Assembly (NCBI GenBank): GCA_014727925.1
Contig: WJMN01000047.1
Coordinates: forward strand, 41,833-105,832
Source of the DNA: Candidatus Micrarchaeota archaeon
Lineage (GTDB): Archaea > Micrarchaeota > Micrarchaeia > Anstonellales > Bilamarchaeaceae
DNA: 64,000 nucleotides
Direction of reading: 5' to 3'
Shown here: in pieces, positions 45,829 to 56,778 of the stretch
Layout of the letters: the number at the start of each line of letters is the position of its first letter
Position numbering within the stretch: the stretch's first letter is position 1
Notes under the pieces: generated by a model
The model's input: the letters and a program-made list of their open reading frames with translations, nothing else
Databases searched by the model: none
What the model was told of the DNA's origin: nothing
Position numbers and translations under genes: made by a program

Positions 45829-47727
45829 ATGTTGAAACCCGCAAAAATGCAAAAGGCCAGACTTGTTGCATTAAAATCTGTTTCCCGCCCCCTCCTATCC
45901 GAGCTTCACCGCCTTGGGATGCTTGAAATTCGCAGATTCGGGGGCGATGGTTTTGAAAGCGGGAAAACCATGGAGATCTATGACCGCGTTTCCTCCAGCC
46001 TGGTAAGGCTGCGCTCTATCAAATCAATGCTCGGCCTTTTAGGAAAGCATCCCGAGGATGCCGAGGTGGGGCTTGAAAAAACACTTGAAGAATCAGAGTC
46101 ATTTAATATTGAAGAAGGGCTGCGGGAAAAACACACCCTCCTTGAAAAAAAGCAGAACGAACTTTCCAACATACATTCAAAACTAGAAGACCTGAAAAAA
46201 CTTTCAGGCTTCGATATTGATTTTTCTAAACTGACTTCCGGATCCCTCTCCTTTTCAGTAGGCACTGTGCCCCTGGCAAAGCTCCCTTCCCTTAAGAGAG
46301 AACTTAAAGGAGTCAGCCTGGATTCCCATGTTTTGGGCAGAGAGGGGGTAGTTGCTGTTGCCTACCCATCGGACGAAGCAAAAGTTGAACTGGTGCTCAG
46401 CCGCCACAGCTTCGTTCCCATAGAGTATGATGGGTTTACAACTCCTATGGAAACGGATAACGAACTCCGTGAAAAGGCATCTGAACTAAAGGTTGAGATA
46501 GGAGAAATAAAATCTGGCATAAATGAAATGGCAAATAAATATGGGGAAAAAGTGCTTAAGCTGAATTACTCGCTTGGGCTATGGTCCGAAAGGATGCTGG
46601 CCACAAAAGAAATGGGATTCGGGTCCAAGACCCTTATCCTGGAAGGTTGGGTAAAGGCAGACAATTACGATTCATTCAGGAACACCCTCCAGACAAAATT
46701 CGGAGACAAGGTATATATTGAGAGAATATGCCCCAGAAAGAAGGAAGAATCCCCTGTTGTTCTAGATAACCCTGAGGCAACTTATCCCGCCCAGTTCCTT
46801 GTAAGGCTTTTTTCCCTTCCAAAACCATCAGAGATTGACCCCACCATAATACTCTATGTTACTGTACCTCTTATTTATGGGATGATGCTAGGAGATGTGT
46901 TCTATGGGCTGATATCCCTTCTTCTAGCCGGCTGGCTTCAGAACAAATGGAAGAAAGGCGGTCTTGGATATGGGGTTGCCTCAGTATGGAAATTCTCTGC
47001 AATAGCAGGAATCATTTTCGGGATAATCTTTGATGAGTGGCTGGGCATGTCTTCCTACCAGTTTCTCTTGCTTTTCCAGCAGTGGGGGCTAGTAAATCTT
47101 GCTTCGTTTGGAATAACAGGACCCCTTTACCATGGGTTCCACCGCTCTGCCCAAGTTTCCCTATTGATTGGAATGTCTATTCTGCTTGGGCTAGTTCACC
47201 TGGCGCTTGGGTTCCTCCTGGGCGCAATAAACGAGTGGCACCACAATAGGAAGCATGCCATAGGAAAGCTATCATGGATTTTCATAGAGCTGGGCGGTTT
47301 CCTTGCTGTTGGTTCTATGATGTTCGGTATTTTCCCGGAAGCAGTAGGGATGGCCGGCGCCGGGCTTTTCTTGCTTTCGGTAATCGTGATGGCATTCACT
47401 GAAGGCCCCATAGGCCTAATTGAGATTCCCGGCCTCCTGGGAAACGTGCTATCATATGCCCGTATCGCTGCAGTGGGCTTAGTGGGGGTGCTGCTGGCCG
47501 AACTTATAAATAACTCTTTTGTCCCTGCACCAGAGCAGGGAATTGTTTACGCGGTGCTTATGCTGCCGCTATTGGTGCTTTTCCATGTAATGAACATCGG
47601 CCTGGCAATGGTGGAGTGCGTTGTACAGGGCGGCCGTCTGAACCTTGTGGAATTTTACGGAAAGTTCTTCCAGGGAGGCGGAAAGGAATTCACTCCGTTT
47701 GCAATAACAGCAAAAAATGAAAAATAG
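45829..47727 (+). CDS. atpI: A-type ATP synthase subunit I (V-type subunit a)
   Basis: 632 aa. N-terminal soluble coiled-coil domain plus C-terminal polytopic membrane domain with the conserved Arg-containing helix (...YARIAAVGLV...). Confidence 0.85.
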   Translation: MLKPAKMQKARLVALKSVSRPLLSELHRLGMLEIRRFGGDGFESGKTMEIYDRVSSSLVRLRSIKSMLGLLGKHPEDAEVGLEKTLEESESFNIEEGLREKHTLLEKKQNELSNIHSKLEDLKKLSGFDIDFSKLTSGSLSFSVGTVPLAKLPSLKRELKGVSLDSHVLGREGVVAVAYPSDEAKVELVLSRHSFVPIEYDGFTTPMETDNELREKASELKVEIGEIKSGINEMANKYGEKVLKLNYSLGLWSERMLATKEMGFGSKTLILEGWVKADNYDSFRNTLQTKFGDKVYIERICPRKKEESPVVLDNPEATYPAQFLVRLFSLPKPSEIDPTIILYVTVPLIYGMMLGDVFYGLISLLLAGWLQNKWKKGGLGYGVASVWKFSAIAGIIFGIIFDEWLGMSSYQFLLLFQQWGLVNLASFGITGPLYHGFHRSAQVSLLIGMSILLGLVHLALGFLLGAINEWHHNRKHAIGKLSWIFIELGGFLAVGSMMFGIFPEAVGMAGAGLFLLSVIVMAFTEGPIGLIEIPGLLGNVLSYARIAAVGLVGVLLAELINNSFVPAPEQGIVYAVLMLPLLVLFHVMNIGLAMVECVVQGGRLNLVEFYGKFFQGGGKEFTPFAITAKNEK

Positions 47728-47737
47728 GTGAAAAAAT

Positions 47738-47977
47738 ATGGCAGAAGGTTTGTTTGCAGCTGAAGGGCTTATCGCCCTTGGTGCAGGACTGGCGATCGGA
47801 ATCGGAGCAATCGCTACCGGTATGGCGCAGGCGTCTATCGGTTCAAGCGGTATGGGAGTTCTGGCAGAAAAGCCAGAGGAGTTTACCAAGGTACTTATCT
47901 GCCTTGCGCTTCCGGAAACCCTGGTGATTCTTGGTTTCGTGATTGCGTTCCTGCTCATCGGCAAGATCGGTGCTTGA
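47738..47977 (+). CDS. atpK: A-type ATP synthase subunit K (proteolipid c)
   Basis: 79-aa two-helix hairpin with Gly-rich helix 1 and ion-binding Glu in LALPETLVILGFV. Confidence 0.9.
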   Translation: MAEGLFAAEGLIALGAGLAIGIGAIATGMAQASIGSSGMGVLAEKPEEFTKVLICLALPETLVILGFVIAFLLIGKIGA

Positions 47978-48003
47978 GCTTTCCTCACGAGGAAGGTGTG
48001 TGA

Positions 48004-48567
48004 ATGGGTATTGGCCATCTCACCGCCAATATTCTTGCGGAAGCAAGAAAGGAGGCGAAAGCAATAACCGGTGAAGCGGAGGCAGAAAAGAAGCAAGTAG
48101 TAAAGGAAGCCAGGCAGAAAGCTAAGGAACGGCTAGCCGCTGCAGAAAAGAACGCAGAGGAGTTCGTGGAATCCCAGAGAAGGGAGAGGATAGCCTGGGC
48201 AAAGCTTGAAGCAAAAAAGATGGAAGGCGAAGCCCGGGAATCAGTCATTTCCGATGCAATGGACGGCCTTTACAAGAAGCTTTCAGAATTCCGCAAGGGC
48301 AATAGATACCCTGGATTTCTTAAGGAGCGTGTGCATGAGGCAATGGGTGAAATCCAGGTGGATAACCATCTTGTGCGCATTTGCAAGGGAGACAAGGGCC
48401 ACCTTAAAGGAATGAAGGCCGACATCCAGGAAGACCTTTCAGGGATGGGAGGCGCGATTGTTTCTTCCCCCAATGGAAACGTGAGGGTAGACTGCACGCT
48501 TTCTTCCCTTTTTGAGGAGAAGAGAGAATTCCTGAGGAAAAAGCTCTATGAAAGCCTATTTGGGTGA
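48004..48567 (+). CDS. atpE: A-type ATP synthase subunit E
   Basis: 187 aa, N-terminal Lys/Glu/Ala-rich helix, operon position. Confidence 0.75.
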   Translation: MGIGHLTANILAEARKEAKAITGEAEAEKKQVVKEARQKAKERLAAAEKNAEEFVESQRRERIAWAKLEAKKMEGEARESVISDAMDGLYKKLSEFRKGNRYPGFLKERVHEAMGEIQVDNHLVRICKGDKGHLKGMKADIQEDLSGMGGAIVSSPNGNVRVDCTLSSLFEEKREFLRKKLYESLFG

Positions 48568-48573
48568 TGGAAT

Positions 48574-49692
48574 ATGAATCCGCTTGATGCAATGGGAAAG
48601 CTTTTCTACAACCGCCAGCTTACTTATGGATATGCAGCAGCCAGGGTAAGGGCGAGAAAGGCTTTGCTCCTGCAACAATCATTCTATGAGGACCTCCTTA
48701 ACCAGAGGACTTTTGATGGAATGATTGCAATGCTTGAGCGGACATATTATAAGAAAGTGCTTACCGGAGGGGTGTTGCAGGAGTATTTCACCCCCGGAGA
48801 GGGTTCCCGCTTCATAGAGATGGCCGCAGAGATACACTATAAAGATGTGGTCAATAAGGTTAGGAGTTTCACACCTGAAGATGGCTTGCCCGTGGTGAAT
48901 ATGCTGATGCGCAAGTGGGACATTCTAAACCTCCGCACCATAATCTCTTCTAGGAGGATGGGAAAGAAGTGGGAAGACATCTATCCATACCTTGTTTCCG
49001 CAGGCGAGCTCTCGGTTTCTGACCTGAAGAGGATTGCGGAAAGCGATCCGGAGAAGCTGTATGTAAGAATAAGGTCCACCTCTGTGGGGAGGCAGGTACT
49101 TTCCCATTCCAGCAAGGAGCTTAGGGGCACAGAGCTTGAGCAGATGTTTATAAAGGCAGTAAAGAATGCAGAAGTGCTGAACCAGCTGCAGGTAATCCTG
49201 GATTCTAGCTATTATAACTACCTAGAAGACAGCATAGTTTCTTCGGACAAAGATATCGTATGGATTAAGAATACAGTTTCCAAGGAAATAGACCTCAAGA
49301 ATATAATCAATGTACTTCGCCTCAAGGAACATGGAGTAAATGAAGTTTCAATGCTTGAGCCCCACCTTATAAAGGGAGGAAGGGCTCGCGCAGGATACCC
49401 CGAAGAGCTCCTCAAGGCAGGTAATTATAAGGAGATTGTCCAGATTATCAGGCCACTCTTTAAGCTTGAAAAAGAGGAGTACGGCTCCCTCGCGGAGCTT
49501 GAAACCGCGATGCAGCAGCAGCTTGCAAAGGAGAGGGTGAGGATTTTCTACCGCAACCCGGTTTCCATTGCAACCATTGTCGGCTTCCTCCTGATAAAGG
49601 AGGAGGAAATGAATAACCTGCGCAAAATTGTAAGGGGCAAGGATTACCACCTCTCCCCCGAGGAGATAAAACCAATGCTTGTATACTACTGA
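48574..49692 (+). CDS. atpC: A-type ATP synthase subunit C (V-type d)
   Basis: 372 aa helical protein, operon position between E and F. Confidence 0.75.
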   Translation: MNPLDAMGKLFYNRQLTYGYAAARVRARKALLLQQSFYEDLLNQRTFDGMIAMLERTYYKKVLTGGVLQEYFTPGEGSRFIEMAAEIHYKDVVNKVRSFTPEDGLPVVNMLMRKWDILNLRTIISSRRMGKKWEDIYPYLVSAGELSVSDLKRIAESDPEKLYVRIRSTSVGRQVLSHSSKELRGTELEQMFIKAVKNAEVLNQLQVILDSSYYNYLEDSIVSSDKDIVWIKNTVSKEIDLKNIINVLRLKEHGVNEVSMLEPHLIKGGRARAGYPEELLKAGNYKEIVQIIRPLFKLEKEEYGSLAELETAMQQQLAKERVRIFYRNPVSIATIVGFLLIKEEEMNNLRKIVRGKDYHLSPEEIKPMLVYY

Positions 49693-49700
49693 GGTGCAGA

Positions 49701-50024
49701 ATGTCTGAAAGGATTGCAGTGATTGGGGATGCGGCTCTTGCAACCGGCTTCCGGCTGGCAGGACTTTACCATGTCCATGTTGTCAAGGATGGAAAGGAGT
49801 TTGAGGAAAAGCTCAGAGAGGTTATTGAGGATCCCAAGTTTGGTATTGTAATCGTGAATGAATCTTACCTCCCCGGGATAGACTGGAGGCTCAAGAAGAA
49901 GATAGACAATCTTGCACACCCGGTTGTTGTGGGCGTGGCAGACATCTCAGGAAAGACAGAAGAGGGCGAAGACCTGAGCGAGTTGATCAAGAAGGCCCTC
50001 GGTTTTGACGTTTCAAAAGGGTGA
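49701..50024 (+). CDS. atpF: A-type ATP synthase subunit F
   Basis: MSERIAVIGDAALATGFRLAGL... typical subunit F N-terminus. Confidence 0.85.
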   Translation: MSERIAVIGDAALATGFRLAGLYHVHVVKDGKEFEEKLREVIEDPKFGIVIVNESYLPGIDWRLKKKIDNLAHPVVVGVADISGKTEEGEDLSELIKKALGFDVSKG

Positions 50025-50029
50025 TATGA

Positions 50030-51781
50030 ATGGCAGTTAATGGAAAGCTTTCGCGCATTACAGGCCCGGTTGTTGTGGCCAAGGACCTTAAGGGCGCAAA
50101 GCTCTACGACGTTGTAAAAGTCGGAGAGGAAAAGCTCGTAGGAGAGATTATCAAAATTGTAGGCAACGAGTCCGTTGTCCAGGTTTACGAAGACACTGCA
50201 GGCCTCAAGCCGGGCGAAAAGGTCATTTCCACCGGCCAGCCGCTTTCAGTTGAGCTCGGCCCCGGGATACTCCGCTCTTTCTATGATGGCATCCAGAGGC
50301 CCCTAGACAAGATAGAGCAGGCCGCAGGCGCCTTCATTACCCGCGGAATTGATGTTTCCCCTCTTGATCACAAGAAGAAATGGGATTTCAAGGCAACAAA
50401 AAAGAAAGGGGAAAAGGTGCAGGCAGGAGATATCCTTGGTGAAGTACAAGAAACTGATGTGATTACCCACAGGATACTAGCAACAGAATCAGGAAAGCTC
50501 ACTGACATCAAATCCGGTAAATACACTCTTGATGACCAGATTGGCACAATTGAAGCGCGCAACAAGAAGCACCCAGAAAGGCTTTACCACAATTGGGTTG
50601 TGAGGAAGCCCCGCCCCTACCGCGAGAAATTTCCCCCGGTTGTGCCGCTTTCTACCGGAATGAGGATTGTAGACACATTCTCCCCGATTGCAAAGGGAGG
50701 GACAGCATGCATTCCCGGGCCTTTCGGTTCAGGAAAAACTGTTACCCAGCAGTCCCTTGCAAAGTGGTCTGATGCTGAAATTGTGGTTTACATCGGGTGC
50801 GGAGAGCGCGGAAACGAAATGACTGAAGTGCTCAACGAGTTCCCAAAGCTTATAGACCCGAAGACCGGGAAGCCTCTCATGGAGCGCACGGTGCTGATTG
50901 CAAATACTTCCAACATGCCGGTTGCCGCGCGTGAGGCGTCTATCTACACAGGAATCACCCTTGCAGAGTATTACCGCGACATGGGCTATGGTGTTTCCCT
51001 GATGGCCGATTCCACTTCAAGGTGGGCAGAAGCCCTCCGTGAAATCTCAGGAAGGCTAGAGGAGATGCCTGGTGAGGAGGGCTACCCTGCCTACCTCGCA
51101 AGGAAGCTCGCAGAGTTCTACGAGCGTGCAGGAAGGGTAAAGACTCTCGGCTCTCCTGACCGCGAAGGGAATGTAACGGTTATTGGTGCGGTTTCCCCTC
51201 CCGGGGGAGACATTTCCGAGCCGGTTTCCCAGAACACTCTCCGCGTAACGAAGGTTTTCCTTGCGCTGGATTCTTCTCTTGCCCAGAGGAGGCACTTCCC
51301 TGCTATCCACTGGCTGAAGAGCTATTCCCTTTATACAGAAACCCTTGACCCCTGGTATGAGGAAAACATTGCTGCAGACTGGCCCCGCCTCCGCAACGAT
51401 GCCATGGCCCTTCTCCAGAAGGAGGCAGAACTTCAGGAGATAGTCCAGCTGGTCGGGCCCGATGCCCTCCCTGAAAAAGAGCAGGCAATCCTCCTGGTCG
51501 CGAAAATGATTCGTGAAGATTACCTCCAGCAGTCCGCATTCCACGAAGTAGATGCGTTTGCAACCATGAAAAAACAGCACGCGATGCTCAAGACCATCAT
51601 GAGGTTCCACGAGCGCGCCATGGGCGCCATTGACCTTGGCATCCAGCTCAAGACAATTACCGGAATGAAAGTCCGGGAAAAGATTGGCAGGATGAAGGAG
51701 GTTCCTGAAGACAAGCTCAAGGACATAGAAGCTGTATATAAGGAAGTGGACAAGGAGTTTGATGGCCTCAGGAAGGAGTAG
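50030..51781 (+). CDS. atpA: A-type ATP synthase catalytic subunit A
   Basis: Walker [10 protein letters not shown], non-homologous region insert, 583 aa, no intein. Confidence 0.95.
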   Translation: MAVNGKLSRITGPVVVAKDLKGAKLYDVVKVGEEKLVGEIIKIVGNESVVQVYEDTAGLKPGEKVISTGQPLSVELGPGILRSFYDGIQRPLDKIEQAAGAFITRGIDVSPLDHKKKWDFKATKKKGEKVQAGDILGEVQETDVITHRILATESGKLTDIKSGKYTLDDQIGTIEARNKKHPERLYHNWVVRKPRPYREKFPPVVPLSTGMRIVDTFSPIAKGGTACIPGPFGSGKTVTQQSLAKWSDAEIVVYIGCGERGNEMTEVLNEFPKLIDPKTGKPLMERTVLIANTSNMPVAAREASIYTGITLAEYYRDMGYGVSLMADSTSRWAEALREISGRLEEMPGEEGYPAYLARKLAEFYERAGRVKTLGSPDREGNVTVIGAVSPPGGDISEPVSQNTLRVTKVFLALDSSLAQRRHFPAIHWLKSYSLYTETLDPWYEENIAADWPRLRNDAMALLQKEAELQEIVQLVGPDALPEKEQAILLVAKMIREDYLQQSAFHEVDAFATMKKQHAMLKTIMRFHERAMGAIDLGIQLKTITGMKVREKIGRMKEVPEDKLKDIEAVYKEVDKEFDGLRKE

Positions 51782-51789
51782 GTGGTACT

Positions 51790-53181
51790 ATGAAAGAATA
51801 CAAAACAGTTTCACAAATTGCCGGTCCCCTTGTATTTGTTGACAATGTTGTAGGTGTCGGATACAATGAGCTGGTTGAGGTAACCCTGCCCAGCGGGGAA
51901 AAGCAGAAAGGGCAGGTCCTTGATATAACCGAAAAGGTTGCGGTTGTGCAGGTTTTCGGCGGAACCTCGGGCCTGAACACCTCCGACACTTCAGTGAAGT
52001 TTCTTGGGGAAACCATGCATCTTGGAGTTTCCGAGGACATGCTTGGCCGCGTTTTCACCGGACTTGGCGAGCCGCGCGATAATGCGCCCAAGCCGGTTGC
52101 AGAAGAGCGCCTTGACATCTCAGGGGCAGCAATAAACCCCTACTCCCGCGAAGAGCCGCGTGATTTCATCCAGACAGGAATATCAACCATAGACTGCATG
52201 AACACGCTTGTGCGCGGGCAGAAGCTCCCGATTTTCTCTGCTTCAGGGCTTCCCCACAATCAGCTTGCAGTGCAGATTGCAAGGCAGTCTAAGACCAAGG
52301 ACCAGAAGGAGGAGTTTGCAGTTGTTTTTGCCGCTGTTGGTATTACTCACGAAGAGGCATCATACTTTATGCGTGATTTTGAGAAGACTGGGGCACTTGA
52401 GCGCGCAGTTCTTTTCCTGAACCTCGCAGATGACCCCTCAGTGGAGCGTATCATTACTCCCCGCCTTGCCCTCACCACTGCAGAGTACCTTGCCTTTGAG
52501 AAGGGCATGCACGTGCTGGTAATCATCACCGACATGACCAATTATTGTGAGGCCCTGCGTGAGATTGCCTCTGCAAGGCAGGAAGTGCCCGGCCGCCGTG
52601 GATATCCCGGATACATGTACACTGACCTCTCCACGATTTACGAGCGTGCAGGGAGGATAAAAGGGCGCAAGGGAACAGTTACCCAGTTCCCCATCCTTAC
52701 CATGCCAGGAGACGACATCACCCACCCAATCCCCGATCTTACAGGATACATTACCGAAGGACAGATTGTGCTTTCCCGTGACCTACACAGAAAGAACATC
52801 ACGCCTCCGGTGGACCCGCTACCCTCTCTTTCTAGGCTGATGAACCTGGGGATTGGGAAGGGCAGCACCCGTGAAGACCACAAGGGAGTTGCAGACCAGC
52901 TTTATGCTGCATACGCAAACGGCCGTGACCTCAGGAGCCTGAGCGCGGTTGTAGGTGAGGAGTCCCTCACGGATATAGACAGGAAGTACCTTCGCTTTGC
53001 TGATGAGTTTGAGAACCGGTTCATCAGGCAGGGCAACACTGAGGATCGCACAATAGAGCAGACGCTTGATCTTGGGTGGGAGTTGCTTTCCGCACTTCCC
53101 GAAGAGGAGCTTAAGCGTGTAAAGCTGGACTTCATACAGAAATACGGCGGAAAGTTCAGGAATAAGGAAAAGAAGGAATAG
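51790..53181 (+). CDS. atpB: A-type ATP synthase subunit B
   Basis: 463 aa. Conserved subunit B segments ([17 protein letters not shown]..., [14 protein letters not shown]). Confidence 0.95.
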   Translation: MKEYKTVSQIAGPLVFVDNVVGVGYNELVEVTLPSGEKQKGQVLDITEKVAVVQVFGGTSGLNTSDTSVKFLGETMHLGVSEDMLGRVFTGLGEPRDNAPKPVAEERLDISGAAINPYSREEPRDFIQTGISTIDCMNTLVRGQKLPIFSASGLPHNQLAVQIARQSKTKDQKEEFAVVFAAVGITHEEASYFMRDFEKTGALERAVLFLNLADDPSVERIITPRLALTTAEYLAFEKGMHVLVIITDMTNYCEALREIASARQEVPGRRGYPGYMYTDLSTIYERAGRIKGRKGTVTQFPILTMPGDDITHPIPDLTGYITEGQIVLSRDLHRKNITPPVDPLPSLSRLMNLGIGKGSTREDHKGVADQLYAAYANGRDLRSLSAVVGEESLTDIDRKYLRFADEFENRFIRQGNTEDRTIEQTLDLGWELLSALPEEELKRVKLDFIQKYGGKFRNKEKKE

Positions 53182-53190
53182 GCGGTAAGC

Positions 53191-53841
53191 ATGGCTGAGA
53201 AAGCTAATCCAACCAGGATGGAGCTGCTTAAGACAAAGTCCAGAATCAAGCTCGCCAAAAACGGGCACAATCTGCTTAAGCAGAAAAGGGATGCCCTTAT
53301 TATGGAGTTCTTCAAAATCCTCAAGAAAGCAAAGGATTTGCGCGGGGAGCTAAATGAAAAGATGGGGGAGGCATACAAGTCTCTTTCCATTGCCCATGCA
53401 TACCACACAACCTTTGAGCTTGAATCCATAGCTTCCGGCCTTGAGCAAGACCTCGGCCTTGAGGTGAAGTCTAGGAACGTTATGGGAGTCCGCATCCCCG
53501 AGATAAAGGAAGAGATTGAGGAAAAGAAGTTTGGAGAGCGCGGATATTCCGTAATGGGCACTTCTGCCAAGGTTGATGATGTGGTTGAGGATTTCGGAAG
53601 TGTGCTCAGAATTGTGGTTACGCTTGCAGAAACCGAAACCGCAATCAAGCGCCTCATAAAAGAGATTGAAAAGACCAAGAGGCGGGTAAACGCGCTTGAG
53701 TTCGTAGTGATTCCCCGCCTCGAAAAGCAGAGGGACGATATCATTTTCCGCCTTGAGGAGATGGAGCGTGATTCATTTGTGTCCCTCAAGGTAATCAAGA
53801 AGCGCCTTGAAGAGGAGGCTGCCGGCAAGGAGGCCGCATAA
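53191..53841 (+). CDS. atpD: A-type ATP synthase subunit D
   Basis: MAEKANPTRMELLKTKSRIKLAKNGHNLLKQKRDAL is the canonical subunit D N-terminus. Confidence 0.9.
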   Translation: MAEKANPTRMELLKTKSRIKLAKNGHNLLKQKRDALIMEFFKILKKAKDLRGELNEKMGEAYKSLSIAHAYHTTFELESIASGLEQDLGLEVKSRNVMGVRIPEIKEEIEEKKFGERGYSVMGTSAKVDDVVEDFGSVLRIVVTLAETETAIKRLIKEIEKTKRRVNALEFVVIPRLEKQRDDIIFRLEEMERDSFVSLKVIKKRLEEEAAGKEAA

Positions 53842-54311
53842 TGGGAACAAAAACCCTCTCCAAGCGTGAGATAAAAGAACTTTCCCCACAAATTTCTTCC
53901 CTTGTTTCTGTTTCCCCAAAGCAGAAACTGGAAATTATTCAGAAGGATAAATACACAGTTCTCTCTGTGGATGATGAGCCACTTCTCTTTAAGTTTGAAG
54001 ATAAATGGCTCCCACTTTTGCGCCAGCTTTTTTCCGGCCGGATTCTAGTAGATTATCCTAAAGTTACAGTGGATATGGGCGCCGTGAAATTTGTTGCAAA
54101 TGGGGCAGACATCATGCGCCCAGGCATTACCCATGTTGATGAGGGCATTTTAGCAGGGGGCCCTGTCCTGATTGTGGATGAAACCCATGGAAAAACCCTT
54201 GCAATAGGGCTCGCCCTTTTTTCTTCTGAAGAAATCCGCAGCCACGAAGGCGGAAAGGTAATCAGAAGCGCCCACGCAGCAGGAGACCGCCTCTGGGAGC
54301 TTACAAAGTAG
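53841..54311 (+). CDS. PUA-domain RNA-binding protein
   Basis: C-terminal VANGADIMRPGI...GPVLIVDETHGKTLAIGLA is a PUA domain. The start overlaps the atpD stop (ATAATGG). Confidence 0.65.
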   Translation: MGTKTLSKREIKELSPQISSLVSVSPKQKLEIIQKDKYTVLSVDDEPLLFKFEDKWLPLLRQLFSGRILVDYPKVTVDMGAVKFVANGADIMRPGITHVDEGILAGGPVLIVDETHGKTLAIGLALFSSEEIRSHEGGKVIRSAHAAGDRLWELTK

Positions 54312-54374
54312 CCATCCCCCTCTTTTTAGAGATGTTCAGAGTATTTTTATCCTTTTTCCAGGAATAGTAGTTAC

Positions 54375-56777
54375 ATGGTGGCCCACAAAAAAAAATTTCC
54401 TGGAGAGGGCAAAAAAAAACTGCTTGATAACCTAATACCACAAAGGGTTTGCAGCAGAATTTCTTCAGAATATTGTGAAAGGGCGAAATTGATTTCAATG
54501 AGAGCAAGCCGTTTGCTATCCTCTCCTTCTTCCAGGGAGTTGGATTCTTTTGTGCAATATTTAAAGGAACTAAAACAAGATGATGAATTTTGGGGCTGGC
54601 TGAGCGAGAACACAAAAATTGATGGATTTTTGGAGGCAGCAGAGGATGAGGAGCGCAGACCCAGGGTACTTTCCATTATAAAAAAAGCATCAGGTGGAAA
54701 TCTTCCTGCGGAATCTGCCAAGTTACAGCAACAGCTTGATGAAGCGATTGCTCCGGAAAGCTGGTGGGAAACAGCTGAGGATGTGGCAGTCAATATTCTT
54801 CTCGCTCCGCTGGCTGTTCTTGGGGCAATTTCGGGTTGTGAGCCCCATTACCAGGAAAAACCTTCCGGGCGTTCTGGAGGCAGTGGTCCACATGAGGGCA
54901 AGCCACCTTCTTCTGTTCAGGAGGACCTGGAATTTATTCCTGAAGGGGATACAGGTTACCTTGATGTTTCTGTGCAGTCCCCCCTCTGGGCCGAACAGGG
55001 GCTGGAATACGAAAACCGCACCCACGCCATCCTTCTTGTGGATATCCCGGATTCTGAGCCTCTCCTGATTTCAGGAGAAGAGGAAGAGCAGCATGTTTCC
55101 GGAGAGTTGCTCTATGTTTGCCCGGGTTCCCAGAGTTCCATCTCTCTCTTTGGAGAAAATATTCCACATGCTTACTATGACCCTTCTGATGAGGCATTTT
55201 ATTGTGCGGTTGCAGAAGGGTATGTCAGGGCGGAAAAGGAAGACCTTGTGTTTACCGAGATGGGGGATATTCCAGTTGAGTTTGAATGGAATTCGTTATT
55301 TTTCTTTGCCCGTGAAATAGATGCCCATGTGGAAGATTTGAAGGAAAATTATCTTAATTATCTTAAGGCCGGAGCAGAAGCGATGGACCTTGGGGCAGAC
55401 TGGTCGTTTTTGGATGAAGGAATATTGATTGAAAACCTGTCACAAATCCAGACTGTTTTTACCCGTGATTCTGTTTATGAGGGAGCAGGTGCAGCCGGCC
55501 ATGCCCACTTTGATTCCAATACGATTACTGCCACAGTTCCCGGGGATTTGGAGAATGCCCAGTATTCCTTTTCTACTTTTACTCATGAATTCACTCATCT
55601 GGTGCTGCATAATGCGGAATTTATTTCTTCAGGAACCCCGCGTTCCCCTTTTGGCCGGGGCCTGCATGAAGGGGAAACGGATTTTTTCAAGGGTCTTGTT
55701 AAACTTGGCATGGGCGGGGAATTTAGCGCTGGCGGCTATTCCCGTCTTTCTTATATCATTGCAGTATATGCACATATTCTTGGTCCAGACACTTTCTTCA
55801 GGGTATGTCTTGATCCCGGAGAAACAGACCTGGATGTGGAGATGGATGCCCTACTTGGAGAAGAGGGCAAACATGAAAAAATTGTAGCATATTTTCGTTC
55901 AGGGGAACTCCGCCCCTCCCTTACAGATGCCGTACCTTTTACAAATAGGATGCTGAGGCTGATGGGGGAGCTAGAAGCCCAAGGATTTAACTGGATAAGC
56001 GCGGTTGAATCAGTTGAACCATATTTCCAGCCCCATGTGCATGAACTTGATTTTTTTGAGAGGTTTGGGGTTGAGGAAGGAGTGCCCCTGCTTGAACAAT
56101 CCTGGCACAGGACACAATACTTATACTGGTCCGCACCCACTCCTGTATTTGATTTGCGGGATGAGCTTGAAAACCCTCCTGAAAATCTCATCCCCGTATT
56201 GGGCGCTGTTCCCATCTTAAATTCCCTGAATTATGAGAATTGTGATCTTCCTACCCAACATGTTGCCCTGGGAGCATGGAGGCATACGGTTGATTCTTTT
56301 GCTGATTACTGGAACGGGCTGAGCCAGGAGGAAAGAGCGAACAGCCAGGAGGATTTAATTTGGTTTTATAAGGCAAGTTATGCCCTGGCCGCACGCTTTG
56401 GAATAAGTGCACCAAGAATATCGGACAAGATAATGAATGCTTCTGCGGGAGCAGATATCCTGATTTCAGGAGATGATTATGGAAACTGGAATCCCTCCAC
56501 CGGCATTTCATTCAGCACTTCAACCCTTGAGTTGTCAGACTGGAGCATTGAATCTCCAGAGAATCCTTCTTTGTCCGAAGCTGTTGGAGATGGGGAGGCA
56601 GTGCTCTTTTCTGTTGAGTCTCCATGGCCACTTGAGCGTACATACTCCATCGGCCCGGACAGGGAATGGGTACTTTCACTTTATTCTGAAGGGGAGATAG
56701 TTGTGCAGTTTGTTGGAGGAGAAGCATCAATTTACGGCCTTGAAATAATTGAGAACAGTCCGCAGTTTTCTGAATAA
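54375..56777 (+). CDS. Membrane-anchored HExxH (zincin-like) metalloprotease-like protein
   Basis: 800 aa. About 150-aa basic N-terminal region, single hydrophobic helix ending in lipobox-like LAVLGAISGC, large extracytoplasmic domain with THEFTHLVLHN ... LHEGETD (HExxH plus downstream Glu). Confidence 0.5.
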   Translation: MVAHKKKFPGEGKKKLLDNLIPQRVCSRISSEYCERAKLISMRASRLLSSPSSRELDSFVQYLKELKQDDEFWGWLSENTKIDGFLEAAEDEERRPRVLSIIKKASGGNLPAESAKLQQQLDEAIAPESWWETAEDVAVNILLAPLAVLGAISGCEPHYQEKPSGRSGGSGPHEGKPPSSVQEDLEFIPEGDTGYLDVSVQSPLWAEQGLEYENRTHAILLVDIPDSEPLLISGEEEEQHVSGELLYVCPGSQSSISLFGENIPHAYYDPSDEAFYCAVAEGYVRAEKEDLVFTEMGDIPVEFEWNSLFFFAREIDAHVEDLKENYLNYLKAGAEAMDLGADWSFLDEGILIENLSQIQTVFTRDSVYEGAGAAGHAHFDSNTITATVPGDLENAQYSFSTFTHEFTHLVLHNAEFISSGTPRSPFGRGLHEGETDFFKGLVKLGMGGEFSAGGYSRLSYIIAVYAHILGPDTFFRVCLDPGETDLDVEMDALLGEEGKHEKIVAYFRSGELRPSLTDAVPFTNRMLRLMGELEAQGFNWISAVESVEPYFQPHVHELDFFERFGVEEGVPLLEQSWHRTQYLYWSAPTPVFDLRDELENPPENLIPVLGAVPILNSLNYENCDLPTQHVALGAWRHTVDSFADYWNGLSQEERANSQEDLIWFYKASYALAARFGISAPRISDKIMNASAGADILISGDDYGNWNPSTGISFSTSTLELSDWSIESPENPSLSEAVGDGEAVLFSVESPWPLERTYSIGPDREWVLSLYSEGEIVVQFVGGEASIYGLEIIENSPQFSE

Positions 56778-56778
56778 G

